Part shown: positions 1 to 11,800 of the stretch, one piece after another
How positions within the stretch are numbered: position 1 is the stretch's first letter
Layout of the letters: every line of letters begins with the position of its first letter
Assembly: GCA_051942205.1 (NCBI GenBank)
Contig: JAVECO010000066.1
Span: 62,001-111,125 of the forward strand
Source of the DNA: Coniocarpon cinnabarinum
Lineage: Eukaryota
Direction: 5' to 3'
DNA: 49,125 nt
Program-made: the position numbers and the translations under genes
Notes under the pieces: generated by a model
Database searches by the model: none
Told to the model about the DNA's origin: nothing
What the model saw: the letters and a program-made list of their open reading frames with translations, nothing else

Positions 1-824
1 CCTGCTCCCAGCATTTTTCTATATTCCGGTACGTTGTTATGCGGCGGTGCTCGGGCTCTGCTGACGCTGTGCAGAAGGGTGTTCTTTGCGCTATGATCTC
101 CGTGGTGGCCTGGTCCCTTGTCGAAGAAGCGCCGCACGATCTCATGTTTTTCTGGCACATTCGAGGCTGGGCTGAGCTTTTTCTAGTTTTCCTGGTCTTC
201 GTTGTGACCATCCTCTATTCACTTTCCCTTGGCATCGCCTGCGGAATAGGATTCTCATTGCTGCGGGTGATCAAGCACAGCACGCGTCCCCGCATCCAAA
301 TCTTGGGCCGCGTTCACCAGACATCCGACCAGTTCGAAAATGCAGAGGCGGATCCCGATCGACTCGAATTTATCGAAGGATGCCTCATCATCAAGATACC
401 AGAACCTCTGACATTTGCCAACACAGGCGATCTGAGAAATCGATTGCGTCGTTTGGAGCAGTATGGCACGGCAAATGCACATCCTGCTTTGCCACGTATT
501 CGACACGAAGCCAATAATAAGAACATCATCTTCGACATTCATGGTGTTACAAGCCTGGATGGCGCTGGCGCCCAAGTGCTGTTTGAAATTTTAGCCTCTT
601 ACAGGGCTAAAAATGTCAGAGTTTTCTTCTGCCGAGTCCCTCATCCCAGATCTGCTGTGTGGAAGCTCATGGAAAGATCGGGCATTGTTGATGTTTGCGG
701 CGGACCGCATCATTTCGTCGAGAGCGTTAGCCAAGCGCTACGCATGACGGAGCTGGAGTCATCGACTGAGCCTTATCGTGACAACACAAATGACGTCGAC
801 AGACAGGCTACTGAAGATGGATGA
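1..824 (+). CDS. SulP/SLC26 sulfate/anion transporter, 3' part (last TM helices plus STAS domain); 5'-truncated by the window
   Basis: Hydrophobic helices followed by RPRIQILGR and STAS motifs (IIKIPEPLTFANTG; IIFDIHGVTSLDGAG). Intron 29-74 (GTACGT...CTGAC...GCAG) joins LLPAFFYIP to KGVLCAMISVV. Confidence 0.9.
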   Translation, partial: CSQHFSIFRYVVMRRCSGSADAVQKGVLCAMISVVAWSLVEEAPHDLMFFWHIRGWAELFLVFLVFVVTILYSLSLGIACGIGFSLLRVIKHSTRPRIQILGRVHQTSDQFENAEADPDRLEFIEGCLIIKIPEPLTFANTGDLRNRLRRLEQYGTANAHPALPRIRHEANNKNIIFDIHGVTSLDGAGAQVLFEILASYRAKNVRVFFCRVPHPRSAVWKLMERSGIVDVCGGPHHFVESVSQALRMTELESSTEPYRDNTNDVDRQATEDG

Positions 825-991
825 TGCGTGGTCATTAATCGGCTGAGCAGGGCTGAGATCGTGCAAAGCCGGAGATACGTCAAAGATGGTGGATGAACAC
901 ACTATCTTCGAAGCTTGCCGTTTGGCTGGTTGGGTCCCACCGTGTAAAATAAAACACGGGTCAGTTGCAACCAGGCCTACGCATTGTGAAC

Positions 992-1736
992 TCAACGACG
1001 CATGCCCGTTGTGCTGGAGCGCTTGTCACTCATCCCCTCGATGAGATCCTCTAGATCTTGGACTTTCCGACACAAATAATGGTGGTCGCTGTCAACACAA
1101 GTCAGCAAGCCACAACTTACTCTGTGAACTAGACCCAGATCAGACTACCTACACAGCCAAATCGGCAAGCTGCTTGGCCACTCTCCTCGTCTGCAACCGT
1201 GCTAATCGTGACTCAATCTCCACCACTCTACCTTTCCTGCGTAGCCACAGAATACGCTGCTGGAGACCGAGACTCCGGTAGTTGGTATCGTAGTAGTCGT
1301 CGGGATCAGCCTTGTCCAGGTCGTACTTGCCCTCACGATCGTAATAATCCCGTGGATGATCCAGAAAAGGATCCTCGAGGGCTTTGAAATCCCGAATCAT
1401 GTGTCTGACGGAATTGGCGAGGACGAAGAAAGCGCCCTCGTCGAACTGGCCTCTGTGACGACGACGGATCAGGCGAAGGTGCGCCTTTTCCTCGTACAGC
1501 GACTGTTTGACGTTGCCCAAATAGTCCTGAGAGTGTGAGACGCATTACCTTTGGGATTGGTCGAAGAGGGAAAAACTCACCGTGATCTCATAGTCGGCCG
1601 CCCGGATAGTGCTCAGATCCTGCCAAACCACCTTCAAGAGTGTCAGAAGGGTGGTAGGGAAAGTCAACAAGCTGATGAGGGTGGAAGCAAAGCTGATGGG
1701 TGCTAGTTTCGCGCTTGAGCTGACGACATTGCCCAT
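992..1736 (-). CDS. Conserved-looking hypothetical fungal protein with an N-terminal hydrophobic segment and coiled-coil-like helices (3 exons)
   Basis: ORFs 1545-1736 and 1149-1520 join through intron ~1527-1580 (GTGAGT...CAG). A second intron, ~1089-1152 (GTAGGT...CTGAC...ACAG), gives the in-phase tail VDHHYLCRKVQDLEDLIEGMSDKRSSTTGMRR*. Confidence 0.7.
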
Positions 1737-2180
1737 TTCTTAGCTGTTGGCAGATGCATCCTCCAGATCAACTGCAGGCTTGTTCACGACTCGGCATGCA
1801 TGACCCGAGGCATGGTGGAGGTCCGCCGGAGGGGATTTGGGGTTTGTTTGTAGGACTGCAGCAGCTGTAAATAAAGCATCACACTCGTCGGCAGGATCGG
1901 AGTCTACGCCCGTTTTGTATTGCCGGCAACGTCTACGCGTGGTGGTCCGTGCGCCCATCCCATTGGTTGCATGTGACTAACGCTCCTGGATGTTGAACGA
2001 GTATTGGCAGCACTCGATCAGCTAAGCTCCTCATCAGACGACCACTCCACATCACGGGCGCCCGTTCTCGCCTCTCGACAAGACTCTAGACAGCCAGAAC
2101 ATGCCCCGATAGCGACGCTTGCCGCCACCTGACCTGCTCGTGACGCTTTAAAGTGGAGCGATCGACCCTGTAACGGGGCG

Positions 2181-3972
2181 ATGCCTCGAGCACGAGTCTC
2201 TGTCCTGGAATGTCTCCTGCTTGGCCTTCTCGCTCTGATCGCAACTGCAGGTCCTGCTTCTTCTTCTTCTTCTGAGGGCCCGCCAACGCTGCATTTTCCG
2301 CTGTATCGGAGGGGTGGCCCCTTTGCCCCGAACAGAACAGCTGACCTCGACTTCTTAAAAGAACAGCTGAATTTCGCCGAAGGCCGCTTCAACCTCACGC
2401 AGAGAGAAGTCAAGGGCAATCGCGTAGTTCGCGCGCCCAAGAAAAGAGATGATGGAACCGGGGCTTCGCAACTGATTGGCGAGATTGGGCGGCTAGGCAA
2501 TTGGTGCGCATATTTCTGCAGCGAAGGTTTTGGTGCAGCACTTGGGGAATACTAATACAATCCGTTTAGGGTTGCGACATTTCGTCTGGGAGGCGCTAAA
2601 CAGCCTATTCAGACCGACCTTGATATGCTGACTGGCGACTTCGTCATTCGGAGCACCTCATCTCCTTCCGGCACCAAATTCGATGAATTCTTCTCGGAAA
2701 GCTATGGTGCGGCGGACTTCCCCAAGTTGACAGCAGTGAGCTGACTCGATCTTTTTAGAGGGCGGCCTTGATCATCCATTTCCGTATTGTCAGCTTCCAA
2801 AAGACCAGCTGTACCTCCCGTCGTTGAGGCAAAATGTCCCTATCCAATTTCCGCACTGCAAGCCACCAAAACAGGGCCGCGAGACACTGGGCGCCTCCGG
2901 CGGCGTTCTCGGACTAGCCCCGGCAACGAGCCTCAAGCAGATGAAGGTCGACTCTCTCATCGAGCAACTCATGGACAACGGCATGATCGAGTACGATGTA
3001 TTTTCCATCACGCTGTTGAACGGAGAGGAGGGGCTTCTCAGTGTTGGCGGGACTGCTGCTGAGTCCATGGCGATGATTGAAGACAAGATCGAGCGGTTTC
3101 TGGGCAAGTCACCTCAGCCCAAAGCAGCAGAGGAGGTCAACGATCCAGACCAGGATGCGGCTGACCTGGCGAACGGTGCGCCGCAAGAGCTTGTGCAAGG
3201 CGGTGCTCAAAAAGGGTTCGGAGGCAAGTTACAAAAACGAGACAAAGAGGCCGACGAGGACTCAGTGAAGCAAGATTCGCTGGAAGACAAAGGCGGGAAG
3301 CAAGTCCAACCCGATCTTTCTAAGCGATCTAGACAGAAGCAGCAAAAGCCTGTGGAACACAAAGTGCAACCTTCATGGAAGGACGACTGGAAATGGAGTC
3401 CAATCGAAGGCGCCGAGGGCTGGTGGCAGACGCTGATGCGAGGCGTATGGACGGACGGGGTCAAAGTGTTGAAGAATCAGCCCTGTGTGATTGACATCAG
3501 CACGCCATTCATCCTCGCGCCTCCCCAGGCAGCAAAAACTTTCTACGCGTCTATATCCGGCTCACATCGACTGCCCGCTCCGTATCAGAGTTTCTACGCC
3601 TTTCCTTGCAACAATCCGCCTCAGATCCACGTCGAGTTCAGTGGCTGGCGCCTCCCAACCATGCGTGGCTACAAAAGCTACGGCCTCTCCAATGGGCCGA
3701 ACGGCAAATTCAGTCTGGGGAAGGTCACCGAAGAGAGCGGGTACTGTGTGGGAGCGATTGTGGAGACAAAGATGGGGGTTGGGGACCTGGCACCGGTGAA
3801 GAAAGGACACTCGAGGAAAGAGGATACTCTTCGTGGACTGGGATCGCTGGAGTCGGGCATGCTTGCGGGCAACGGCATGCGCGATGTCTGGGTTCTGGGA
3901 GAGCCCATCTTCCGGGGGCTGGGGCTGGTGTTCGATATGAAGGCGAAAAAGGTGGGATTCAGGACGTACTGA
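2181..3972 (+). CDS. Secreted pepsin-fold (peptidase A1-like) protein with non-canonical catalytic motifs
   Basis: Signal peptide, a propeptide-like segment (LHFPLYRRGG), introns ~2504-2569 and ~2707-2758, DLDMLTGDF and VIDISTPFI at the two DTG positions, the GVLGLAP and FSITL..GLLSVGG elements, and C-terminal WVLGEPIFRGLGLVFDMKAKKVGF. Confidence 0.8.
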
Positions 3973-4396
3973 TGTTAGTCACGGGTCACGACTGGGAAAT
4001 GCATAGCGACGGCGGGGTTGGCGTCATTGAGAAAACAGAGAGGCCTCAGAAAGGACACCGAGACTGGGTAGAGATCAGACATTGGACAGGATGATGACTG
4101 GCTGCACTCCACGATGAAGAGGGAGCATGCAGGTGTATAATTAGGACGCGTTGGTCGAGTCCAACAGGCAGATCAGGTGACATCCGGACTAAGCACCCTC
4201 GCCGTGTTGCGCCTCGCCCGTTCAAGCATTCAAGCACCATGTCAGCGCCCGCAGCGGCTGATGTGGATGCTAGGTGAAGACTGAGAGGCACAAGGCGCTT
4301 CAATGCACGTTGAGGACACGGTGGTCCCGTGCCCGTGTGCCTGTGTGCGGCCACAGGCAGAAGAACTTAGGTAGAACTTCGAAGAGCGGCGGTGCC

Positions 4397-4406
4397 TGAA
4401 GCTTCG
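4397..4406 (+). promoter_or_regulatory. Possible partial heat-shock element upstream of hsp88
   Basis: tGAAgcTTCg matches two nGAAn units ~160 bp upstream of the Hsp110 ATG, with more GAA-rich sequence at 4360-4385. Only two perfect units, so weak. Confidence 0.25.
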
Positions 4407-4561
4407 GGCTGCTACCATTAAATTCCATCATCCCAAAAATTTATTTTGCTGCCAGCTCACAACAGCGCGCCCGCCCAACGTCTCTCGCGTCCCTCTCACA
4501 ACCCCGTCCCTCGCTCTTCGCGCTCAAACTCCCCAGCTGCCCTGTGTAGGTCCTGCTCACC

Positions 4562-6937
4562 ATGTCCGTCGTCGGAATCGACTTCGGATGTCAGAACACC
4601 GTCATCGCAGTCGCCCGAAATCGAGGTAAGTCTCAGGCGGGTACCCGCGCAGCCAGGTGTTGCTGACTCGCTCCAGGCGTTGATGTGATCACAAACGAAG
4701 TCTCCAACCGTGCCACTCCCTCTCTCGTCGGCTTTGGGCCCAAGTCCCGCTATCTCGGCGAGACTGCAAAGACCCAGGAGATCTCAAACCTCAAGAACAC
4801 TGTCGCCGCTCTGATACGCCTGGCGGGCCGTGACATCAAAGACCCAGATGTTCAGATTGAACAGCAATATGTTACTGCTCCGCTCGTCGACGTCAATGGC
4901 CAGGTGGGCGCCGAAGTCACCTACATGGGCAAGAAGGACAAGTTCTCGGCCACCCAGATCATTGCCATGTTCCTCAGCAAAATCAAGAGCACAGCCTCCA
5001 ACGAGCTGAAGCTACCTGTTTCAGACATTGTCATCAGCTGTCCGTCGTGGTTCACAGACGCGCAGCGAAGATCTATCCTCGATGCTGCCGAGATCGCGGG
5101 ACTGAAGGTCCTTCGCCTTATGAACGACACAACTGCCACAGCATTGGGCTGGGGTATCACGAAGCTGGACTTGCCCAGTGGGGAGGAGAAACCAAGACGT
5201 ATGGCCTTTGTCGACATTGGTCACAGCAATTACTCGTGTTCCATTGTCGACTATCGCAAGGGCGAGCTCGCTGTTCGCTCTGCAGCCTGCGACCGACATT
5301 TTGGCGGGCGTGACTTCGACAAAGCCATCGTAGATCATTTCGCAAAGGAATTCAAGGAGAAGTTCAAGATTGACATCAATGAAAATCTCAAGGCAACAAC
5401 GCGTGTGGCCTCGGCCTGTGAGAAACTCAAGAAGGTCCTCTCAGCCAACGCGTCTGCACCTATCAACATTGAATCGCTCATGAACGACATCGACGTACGT
5501 GGCTTCCTCAAGCGTGATGAACTCGAGCAGCTCATGCAACCTCTGCTCGAGCGTGCAGTTGCTCCTCTGGCGCAAGCCTGTGCGGATGCCAAGCTGAGTC
5601 CGGCGGACATCGATGGCGTTGAGCTTGTCGGAGGAGGAACCCGAGTCCCTGCCTTGAAAGCTATTGTTCAGAAATTCTTCGACAAGCCTTTGTCATTCAC
5701 TCTCAACGCTGACGAGGCCATCGCTCGCGGCTGTGCCTTCTCTTGCGCCATCTTGTCCCCTGTCTTTCGGGTTCGTGATTTCACTGTTCACGATGTGGTC
5801 AACTACCCCATCGAATTCACTTGGGAGAAGTCGCCGGATATACCAGATGAGGACACTAATCTCACTGTCTTTAACAAAGGCAATGTTATGCCCAGTACTA
5901 AAATTCTCACCTTTTATCGCAAGCAGCCTTTCGATCTAGAGGCGAAATACGCGAAACCAGACTCGCTGCCTGGCGGCGCCCGCCCATGGATTGGCAGATT
6001 CTCCGTCAAAGGTGTCAAAGCAGATTCGAAAGGTGACTTCATGATCTGCAAGCTCAAGGCTCGTCTCAACCTGCACGGTGTCCTCAACGTTGAGCAGGGA
6101 TATTTTGTCGAGGACCAAGAGATCGAAGAACCCATTCCTGAAGCGAAGGACGCTAAGGAAGCTGAGAACAAGAAGGAGAACGAGAAGGGCGAAAGACAAG
6201 AAGAGAAGAAGGATAGTGATGTAAGTAATGAGTCTCATGGCCCCACCAAGCGGCCACATTCACCAGACGATGGCCGTGCACAGACTGACATTTGCAATCA
6301 GGCCATGGACACTGACCCCACTCCTAATGGTACGGCCGAGCAACCAGCCCAAGCTCAGCCCAAACAAAAAACACGCAAGATCAAGAAGCAGGTCCGCAAA
6401 GGCGATCTACCTCTTGCCAGTGGCACCGCCTCTCTTGACGATTCGTCCAAGGGCCTCGCTGCCGAGCGCGAGAACGCCATGTTCATGGAAGACAAGCTCG
6501 TGGCCGATACCGAGGATAAGAAGAACGAGCTCGAAACCTTCATCTATGAGCTACGCGGCAAGGTCGATGAGCAGTACGCGCCTTTCGCTAGCGAAGAGGA
6601 GAAGGAGAAAATCCGCGCCAAGTGCACCGAGAGCGAGGATTGGCTCTATGACGAGGGGGAGGACGCGACCAAAGCTGTGTACGTGAGCAAGATTGAGGAG
6701 ATTCGCTTCATCGCCGGACCCGTGATCCAGCGATTTCAAGATAAGATCGAGGAAGAGCGTCAGGAGGTGCGGCGAAAGGAGGAAGAAGCTCTGGCGAAGA
6801 AGCGCGAAGAAGCCGAAGCTAAGAGGAAGGCCGAGGAAGAAGCTAAGAAAGCGGCGGAGGGTCCTAAGGACGAGGAGATGAAGGATGCCGGTGACGCGCC
6901 GGTGCAGCCTGACGGCGTCGAAGAGCCGAAGGAGTAG
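4562..6937 (+). CDS. hsp88: Hsp110-family chaperone/nucleotide-exchange factor (Hsp88/Sse1 orthologue)
   Basis: MSVVGIDFG...[24 protein letters not shown] after removing intron 4626-4676. Hsp70-type NBD motifs (VDIGHS, FGGRDFD, VELVGGGTRVP, LNADEAIARG), acidic loop, and DKKNELE...EDWLYDEGED. Probable second intron 6221-6301. Confidence 0.97.
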
Positions 6938-7443
6938 AGAAGCAAAATGTGAGATGTACGGGTGAGTGCAGTAGCGCGAGTTGCAGAGCACATAGACATC
7001 GTTCCGGCGTTGTGATGGCAGCGCTGGGTTCTTGAACAACTCCTACAGAGATGATTATGCTGTTATGGAAGTATAGATACAATGATAGTCACGCTTTTGT
7101 AAGGCGAACGTATGTGTCTGAAGGTGATGCCCATTATGCTTGATGTGAACGCATGCGTGGGAATGAATTCAACTCGGTTGACTCCCATGAGTCTTCGCAG
7201 TCGCTGTCGTTTGTGCTACAGAGGGCGCCTATCTTCAACGTCTATGTTCACGTGCATCTGCCTATCATCTTCACTAAAACTTTCCATGAGCTTGCCGCCC
7301 ATGGTCTCTACTATTCAGAAGGAGCTGCACGTGCTGAGGATTGTTGCCCTTCCCCATGCTGCTCCCCTGAATGTTTGAGCGTTGGATGATGGTGCATCGA
7401 GTCCACGAGCACGATGCAGTACATGAGGTACTGCAATCCTGCG

Positions 7444-7938
7444 TTAGCACTCGTCTTCGTCAAAGTAAGCCAACCATGAGCCACTCCTTTCATAATGGAA
7501 CAGTGGGGAATGGCTCACATCTTGAACGGGCGACCCCGGCTCCGAATCTCCAGTAATCGTCACTTCGCTAATACCCTCTTTGAAGATGAGGCTTGATCTG
7601 TTACCATATTCGTCCTCCAGATATAAAAACGTCTTCCCCGTTGATATATCCGGTCTAGGGAGGCTGATTCGCGTTTTGATTTGGTCGGCCGGCAAGTCCG
7701 GTTCAACGTGATACACTGTATGAGAGCCTCCGGCTCCATTTTTAATGATTTCGTCTCTACGTCTGAGGACGAACCCATGGCTGTTGTGGTGAGGGTTGAA
7801 GACTATAGTCGCTTTTTCGCCCGTCCCGTTGGGCTCGATTGAGGCATGAAGCGGCTCGCTTGATGGAGGAAGCAGCTCCAGGTCAGGACCGTCTGAGACT
7901 TCTATATCGAGGGTCAGCGGGACGCTCGAGACTACCAT
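7444..7938 (-). CDS. Orphan hypothetical ORF (164 aa)
   Basis: ATG-initiated ORF with globular-protein-like composition; no family recognised. Confidence 0.35.
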   Translation of the reverse strand: MVVSSVPLTLDIEVSDGPDLELLPPSSEPLHASIEPNGTGEKATIVFNPHHNSHGFVLRRRDEIIKNGAGGSHTVYHVEPDLPADQIKTRISLPRPDISTGKTFLYLEDEYGNRSSLIFKEGISEVTITGDSEPGSPVQDVSHSPLFHYERSGSWLAYFDEDEC

Positions 7939-9765
7939 TGATGAGGTCTTTGTATGAAACTGGGCGATTCCAGCCAGAACAGTTCCATTCCGTCTTTGAA
8001 CGCAGAAGACCAGAGTTCAGCTTCTGCTGGGGATCTTAAAAAGTCGGTGACCTCGAGCAACACGGAGATACTCACTTATCTTTCGACTGAATCTGAAGGA
8101 CTCTGAGATTGAGTGTTTCTGACAAGAATCTCTTTAGCACGTTGCAGCGTGGTTCGCTTTTGTGCCAGGCGAATACTTACGTATTAGAACTTGAATCGTT
8201 CTCGGGTCGCAATGCGCTCCCCCAATAGGAAATGCACGCTTTTATGGAGTAGCCCTGTCTTGATGGTACCACGTACCGCTAACTTGTGGTTCATAATAAC
8301 CAGAATGGCTTTACAGTCAATAGAGAGCCAGTGAAGGGTTAAGTACACAAGGGCGAATCAACTACGCACGCAGAAGGAAAGTATGCTTCTAGGCTCCTGC
8401 GCAAAACGCATTGATGTACTTGTGTCTACGCTCTTCATTTCGAAACGTCGCCACTGCAGACGTAAGACCCAAACATCGGACTTCGAAGAGGCCAGTAGGC
8501 AGCTCCACTTAGGTCAACGAAAGTGTACACGCTGGTCACTAAACAACGCGCGGACACTCGTTCAGGGGGGATTGTGGTGGATGGTCTGGTGGTGAAGCAT
8601 GAGATATTCTTAGACGGCGATGTCTCACGGTGCGACAGTCCTTCTGAAAGTTGCATACAGCGCGTCCAGCCTGAACCACGTGGAATTCAGACGACCTCAC
8701 CTCAAATACTGACGTAGTTTGCTCGGGGCAGTACCAATACAGTTATATGACGCTCGCGCAAACAACGCTCTTTGATATCGTGAGTCATCTCGCTGCGTAG
8801 GTGTTCTGTGCACTCAACGGACAAGATCGTGCAGTCGCAGGATGCACTTGAGCCACCCGTCGATACCTCATGGATGTCAAAGTCACCACGGCATCCTTTC
8901 GCGCGTATTCAAGTCCATCAGAGGATGTTCTAAGTCGGTATGGCGACAATCAAAATATTGGAGGGATTCCGCCCGAGAGCCGTCGCTCAAACGCCATGTG
9001 TACTCAAGACTTCCTGCAGCGGGCATTTTCAAACATGACGTCGTTTGAGCTTGAAGGAGCATCTCGCCTCGAAGGATAAAGGATTTGGCGCGTCTGAATG
9101 TGACTCGACGGGGTGTGAGTGATCCTCTGCCAGGTGTCCTTTCCAGAGGGTTGGTCGGAGTGGGTTTTCGAGATACTACGATGTGAGCGACGACTGCAGT
9201 GCATACGCACAATGTGCAGCTTGAAGCACTCAAGCCAGCAAATCCGGTCAACGACTCGACTCTTGGAGGGACTGCTGTGATGTTGTACCATCGTCGCGCT
9301 GGGGCGAGCTGCGGGGACACTGTGACGCTATCCATGTGGGGGTCTAACCACTAATTTTAGAGGGTTTGTGGCCGCCAAACCCTTAATTGTACCAGGCCCA
9401 GCATGATGACCCACTTTAATGCCTCATACTTCAGTCAAAACCTTGACTCTGTAAGTCTTACTTCGAAGACACGAGCAACCAACTCCGCAAAACAGAGATT
9501 TCCTGACAGCTTTTGCGTCCGCTGCGAACCCTGCCGTCCATAGCAGGGGTGCTTTGGAGGAGTCGCACCACAGCGATCACTGGTGCCTACAGACTTGTCT
9601 CGCAATTGCGCTCAACACGCACATAGCATGCAACTGCATCACATGAACTCGAACGCGGCTCGTTAATGCAAGAAAGAAAGACAGGTTCCATCCAGATGTC
9701 ATGCTTTGTCTGTCTTCCTATAGAGAGTCGAAACCCTGATTCACACTTATGAAAGACATGTTCTA

Positions 9766-10735
9766 TCACGTAAAAAGAGTAAGAGAAAACCCGGCATCGA
9801 CGATGAGCCCGGTTCCTGTCACATACGAAGCTCCAGATCGATCAAGGACAAGAACAACGTCAGCCAATTCGTCTGCCTCTGTAGGCCGTTCCAAGGGCGC
9901 TGTCATTTTAATGCATTTGGGTGTGTCGGGTGTCTTGAAACACTCATTTTCGAACATCTCAGTTCTCTCCCACTCAGGACAGACAGCATCAATGCGGATG
10001 CCGGCAGAAGCATTTTCAACGGCTAGGGTGAGTCAGAAACGCCAACAGACAAATGACGGACCCACCTACCCGCACACTTCGTCATGTCCACTAGAGCATG
10101 TTTGAATGTTACATTTCCAACCTTGCCAGGCACTGTTGCGGATGCTGTCGCGGGAGCAACATTCACAATGGAACATTGGTCATCTTCTCTCGAGCCATGC
10201 CGTGTGCTAAACTTACGCCGCTCTTGCAAATGCAATGCGCGACACCGAGCCTGCGTACAAAGAAAGCCTCCGATGGCATTGATCTTCATGACTTTTTCAT
10301 ATTCCTTCAAAGGGCTGTTATTGAAAGGCCGGTATACAGTCAAGTCGATCTGAGAGGATTAATACTGCTTCACATACGCCTCAAACACGTGTTTGAATGC
10401 TTACCCCGGCGATGCTCACTGCGTAATCGATTCTCTTGAATTTTTCACTGGCAGCGGCCACTGCATGGCCAAATGCTGTTTTGCTCGTGACGTCGACTCC
10501 GAGAGCGAGAGTTCTGCAATTTACATTAGTCGCGACGGACTCGCTCTCTACTGCAGCGCGCTTGGCTCCCGTCTCGTTGACGTCGGCGAAAACAACTGCG
10601 GACGCGCCTACCACACGACCAATTCCGCCCGCAGCCTTTGGTACTACATCAACAACCGCAGTCTTTCTCGTATGGTGTATCGAAATTGGTTTACTCCGTA
10701 ACGAAAGCGATCCCGTGGAGTCTGCGCTTCGCCAT
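9766..10735 (-). pseudogene. Degenerate short-chain dehydrogenase/reductase (SDR)
   Basis: Assembles as MAKRRLHGIAFVT / AAGGIGR...VVFADVNE...GVDVT...RIDYAVSIAG / ...IVNVAP...GNVTFKHA / ...GIRIDAVCP...ASYVTGTGLIVDAG, using introns 10350-10404 and 10023-10069. Exon 1 and exon 2 are out of phase, the helix after GxG is shortened, catalytic S is P and YxxxK has become NxxxK. Confidence 0.8.
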
Positions 10736-11024
10736 GCGAAATTAGCGTCTGGTGGAACGATCCCTTCGTAGACTTGGTTGCGTGGTGGACGGCGTACGTT
10801 TTAGGCGAGGACTGCGGTCACGCGTGACGTGCAAGTGACTGCCCTGAAAGACGACACAGGCAACGATCTGGCATTGTCATACTGCCCTGAAGCCCAGCAG
10901 AGATGCAGTGAACGACCCGACTTTTGCAGTAAGTAGTTGCAGGACCAATTCATACGCTGATACCATTACTTAGGGAAGAAGTATAGCCCTCAAACCCACT
11001 AAATTTTAAGGGTTCCAGCCCCCG

Positions 11025-11032
11025 CTCCGAGG
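11025..11032 (+). promoter_or_regulatory. Candidate NirA/NIT4 binding site CTCCGAGG
   Basis: Exact match to the Aspergillus NirA consensus CTCCGHGG, ~770 bp upstream of niaD, with CGATAG at 11047. Confidence 0.45.
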
Positions 11033-11188
11033 ACCAGAGACGCTGTCGATAGGGGTTCGGAAATGCAGGAGCAATGCCAAGTCGCTCCGCCAATCGGACA
11101 CCTCCGAAGCTCCACCACAGCGGCACGTGTATATACTTCATTATACCTCGTATGTCCAGGGGTCACTGCTTTTCCCACGTCTCTCTTC

Positions 11189-11356
11189 CTATCATGGCGC
11201 AGTAGATGGTCAGCAGAATTGACAACGCATATAGATAGGTTCTCTTGCCTCGCATTCGGTCGTCCTCTGTTCAGCCGCCTAGGATTAGAGGCGGCAACCG
11301 ATATCAAACACAAGCACATGTGGCCAGCCCTCACGTTCCTTATCTCTGGCCTATCG
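11189..11356. promoter_or_regulatory. Cluster of HGATAR (AreA/NIT2-type) sites upstream of niaD
   Basis: CTATCA 11189, AGATAG 11233, TTATCT 11340 and CTATCG 11351, lying between the two CTCCGHGG sites. Confidence 0.45.
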
Positions 11357-11455
11357 CTCGACCCTTCATGCACTCCACTTCCCCAACAGACCATGCTCAT
11401 ACCGCATCCAGAGCCCAGAGACGTCGGTCTACGCCGCAGCTCTGCATCACACCAC

Positions 11456-11463
11456 CTCCGCGG
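11456..11463 (+). promoter_or_regulatory. Candidate NirA/NIT4 binding site CTCCGCGG
   Basis: Exact CTCCGHGG match ~340 bp upstream of the niaD ATG. Confidence 0.6.
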
Positions 11464-11800
11464 TCCGCGTTCGATGCCATTGGCCGGCTCGGCGCGATGC
11501 GGCGGTGCTCAGGTCATAGACTCTATGACACACTGACGAGCCGGAAAAAGGCTACGAATCTGCCTGGAGACGCAGCTTCAATTTCGTAAGCACTATTGAC
11601 TCGAGTCTGCACTTCCGACGGTGCTCTCTAGGTCAAACTCAGCTTCAAATCTTCTACCACACCCTCGACCTTTTTCTTCCACTCCAATTTTGCACTGTTA
11701 AGATACTACGGCTGTCAATCTTGATCCTTGTCGTTGCCCGACGGCAAATGCAATGACAGCCAAATGACTCGGCACTTGGAAAAAGACATGTGACAGCACC

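Noticed and set aside
4921..7039. Antisense and alternative-frame ORFs over hsp88 (and likewise over niaD, niiA and the transporters)
   Set aside because: Shadow ORFs caused by codon bias of the real genes.
8380..9340. Overlapping short ORFs on both strands, possibly a decayed transcription-factor gene
   Set aside because: No recognisable motif (no Zn2Cys6 pattern) and no consistent exon chain could be built.
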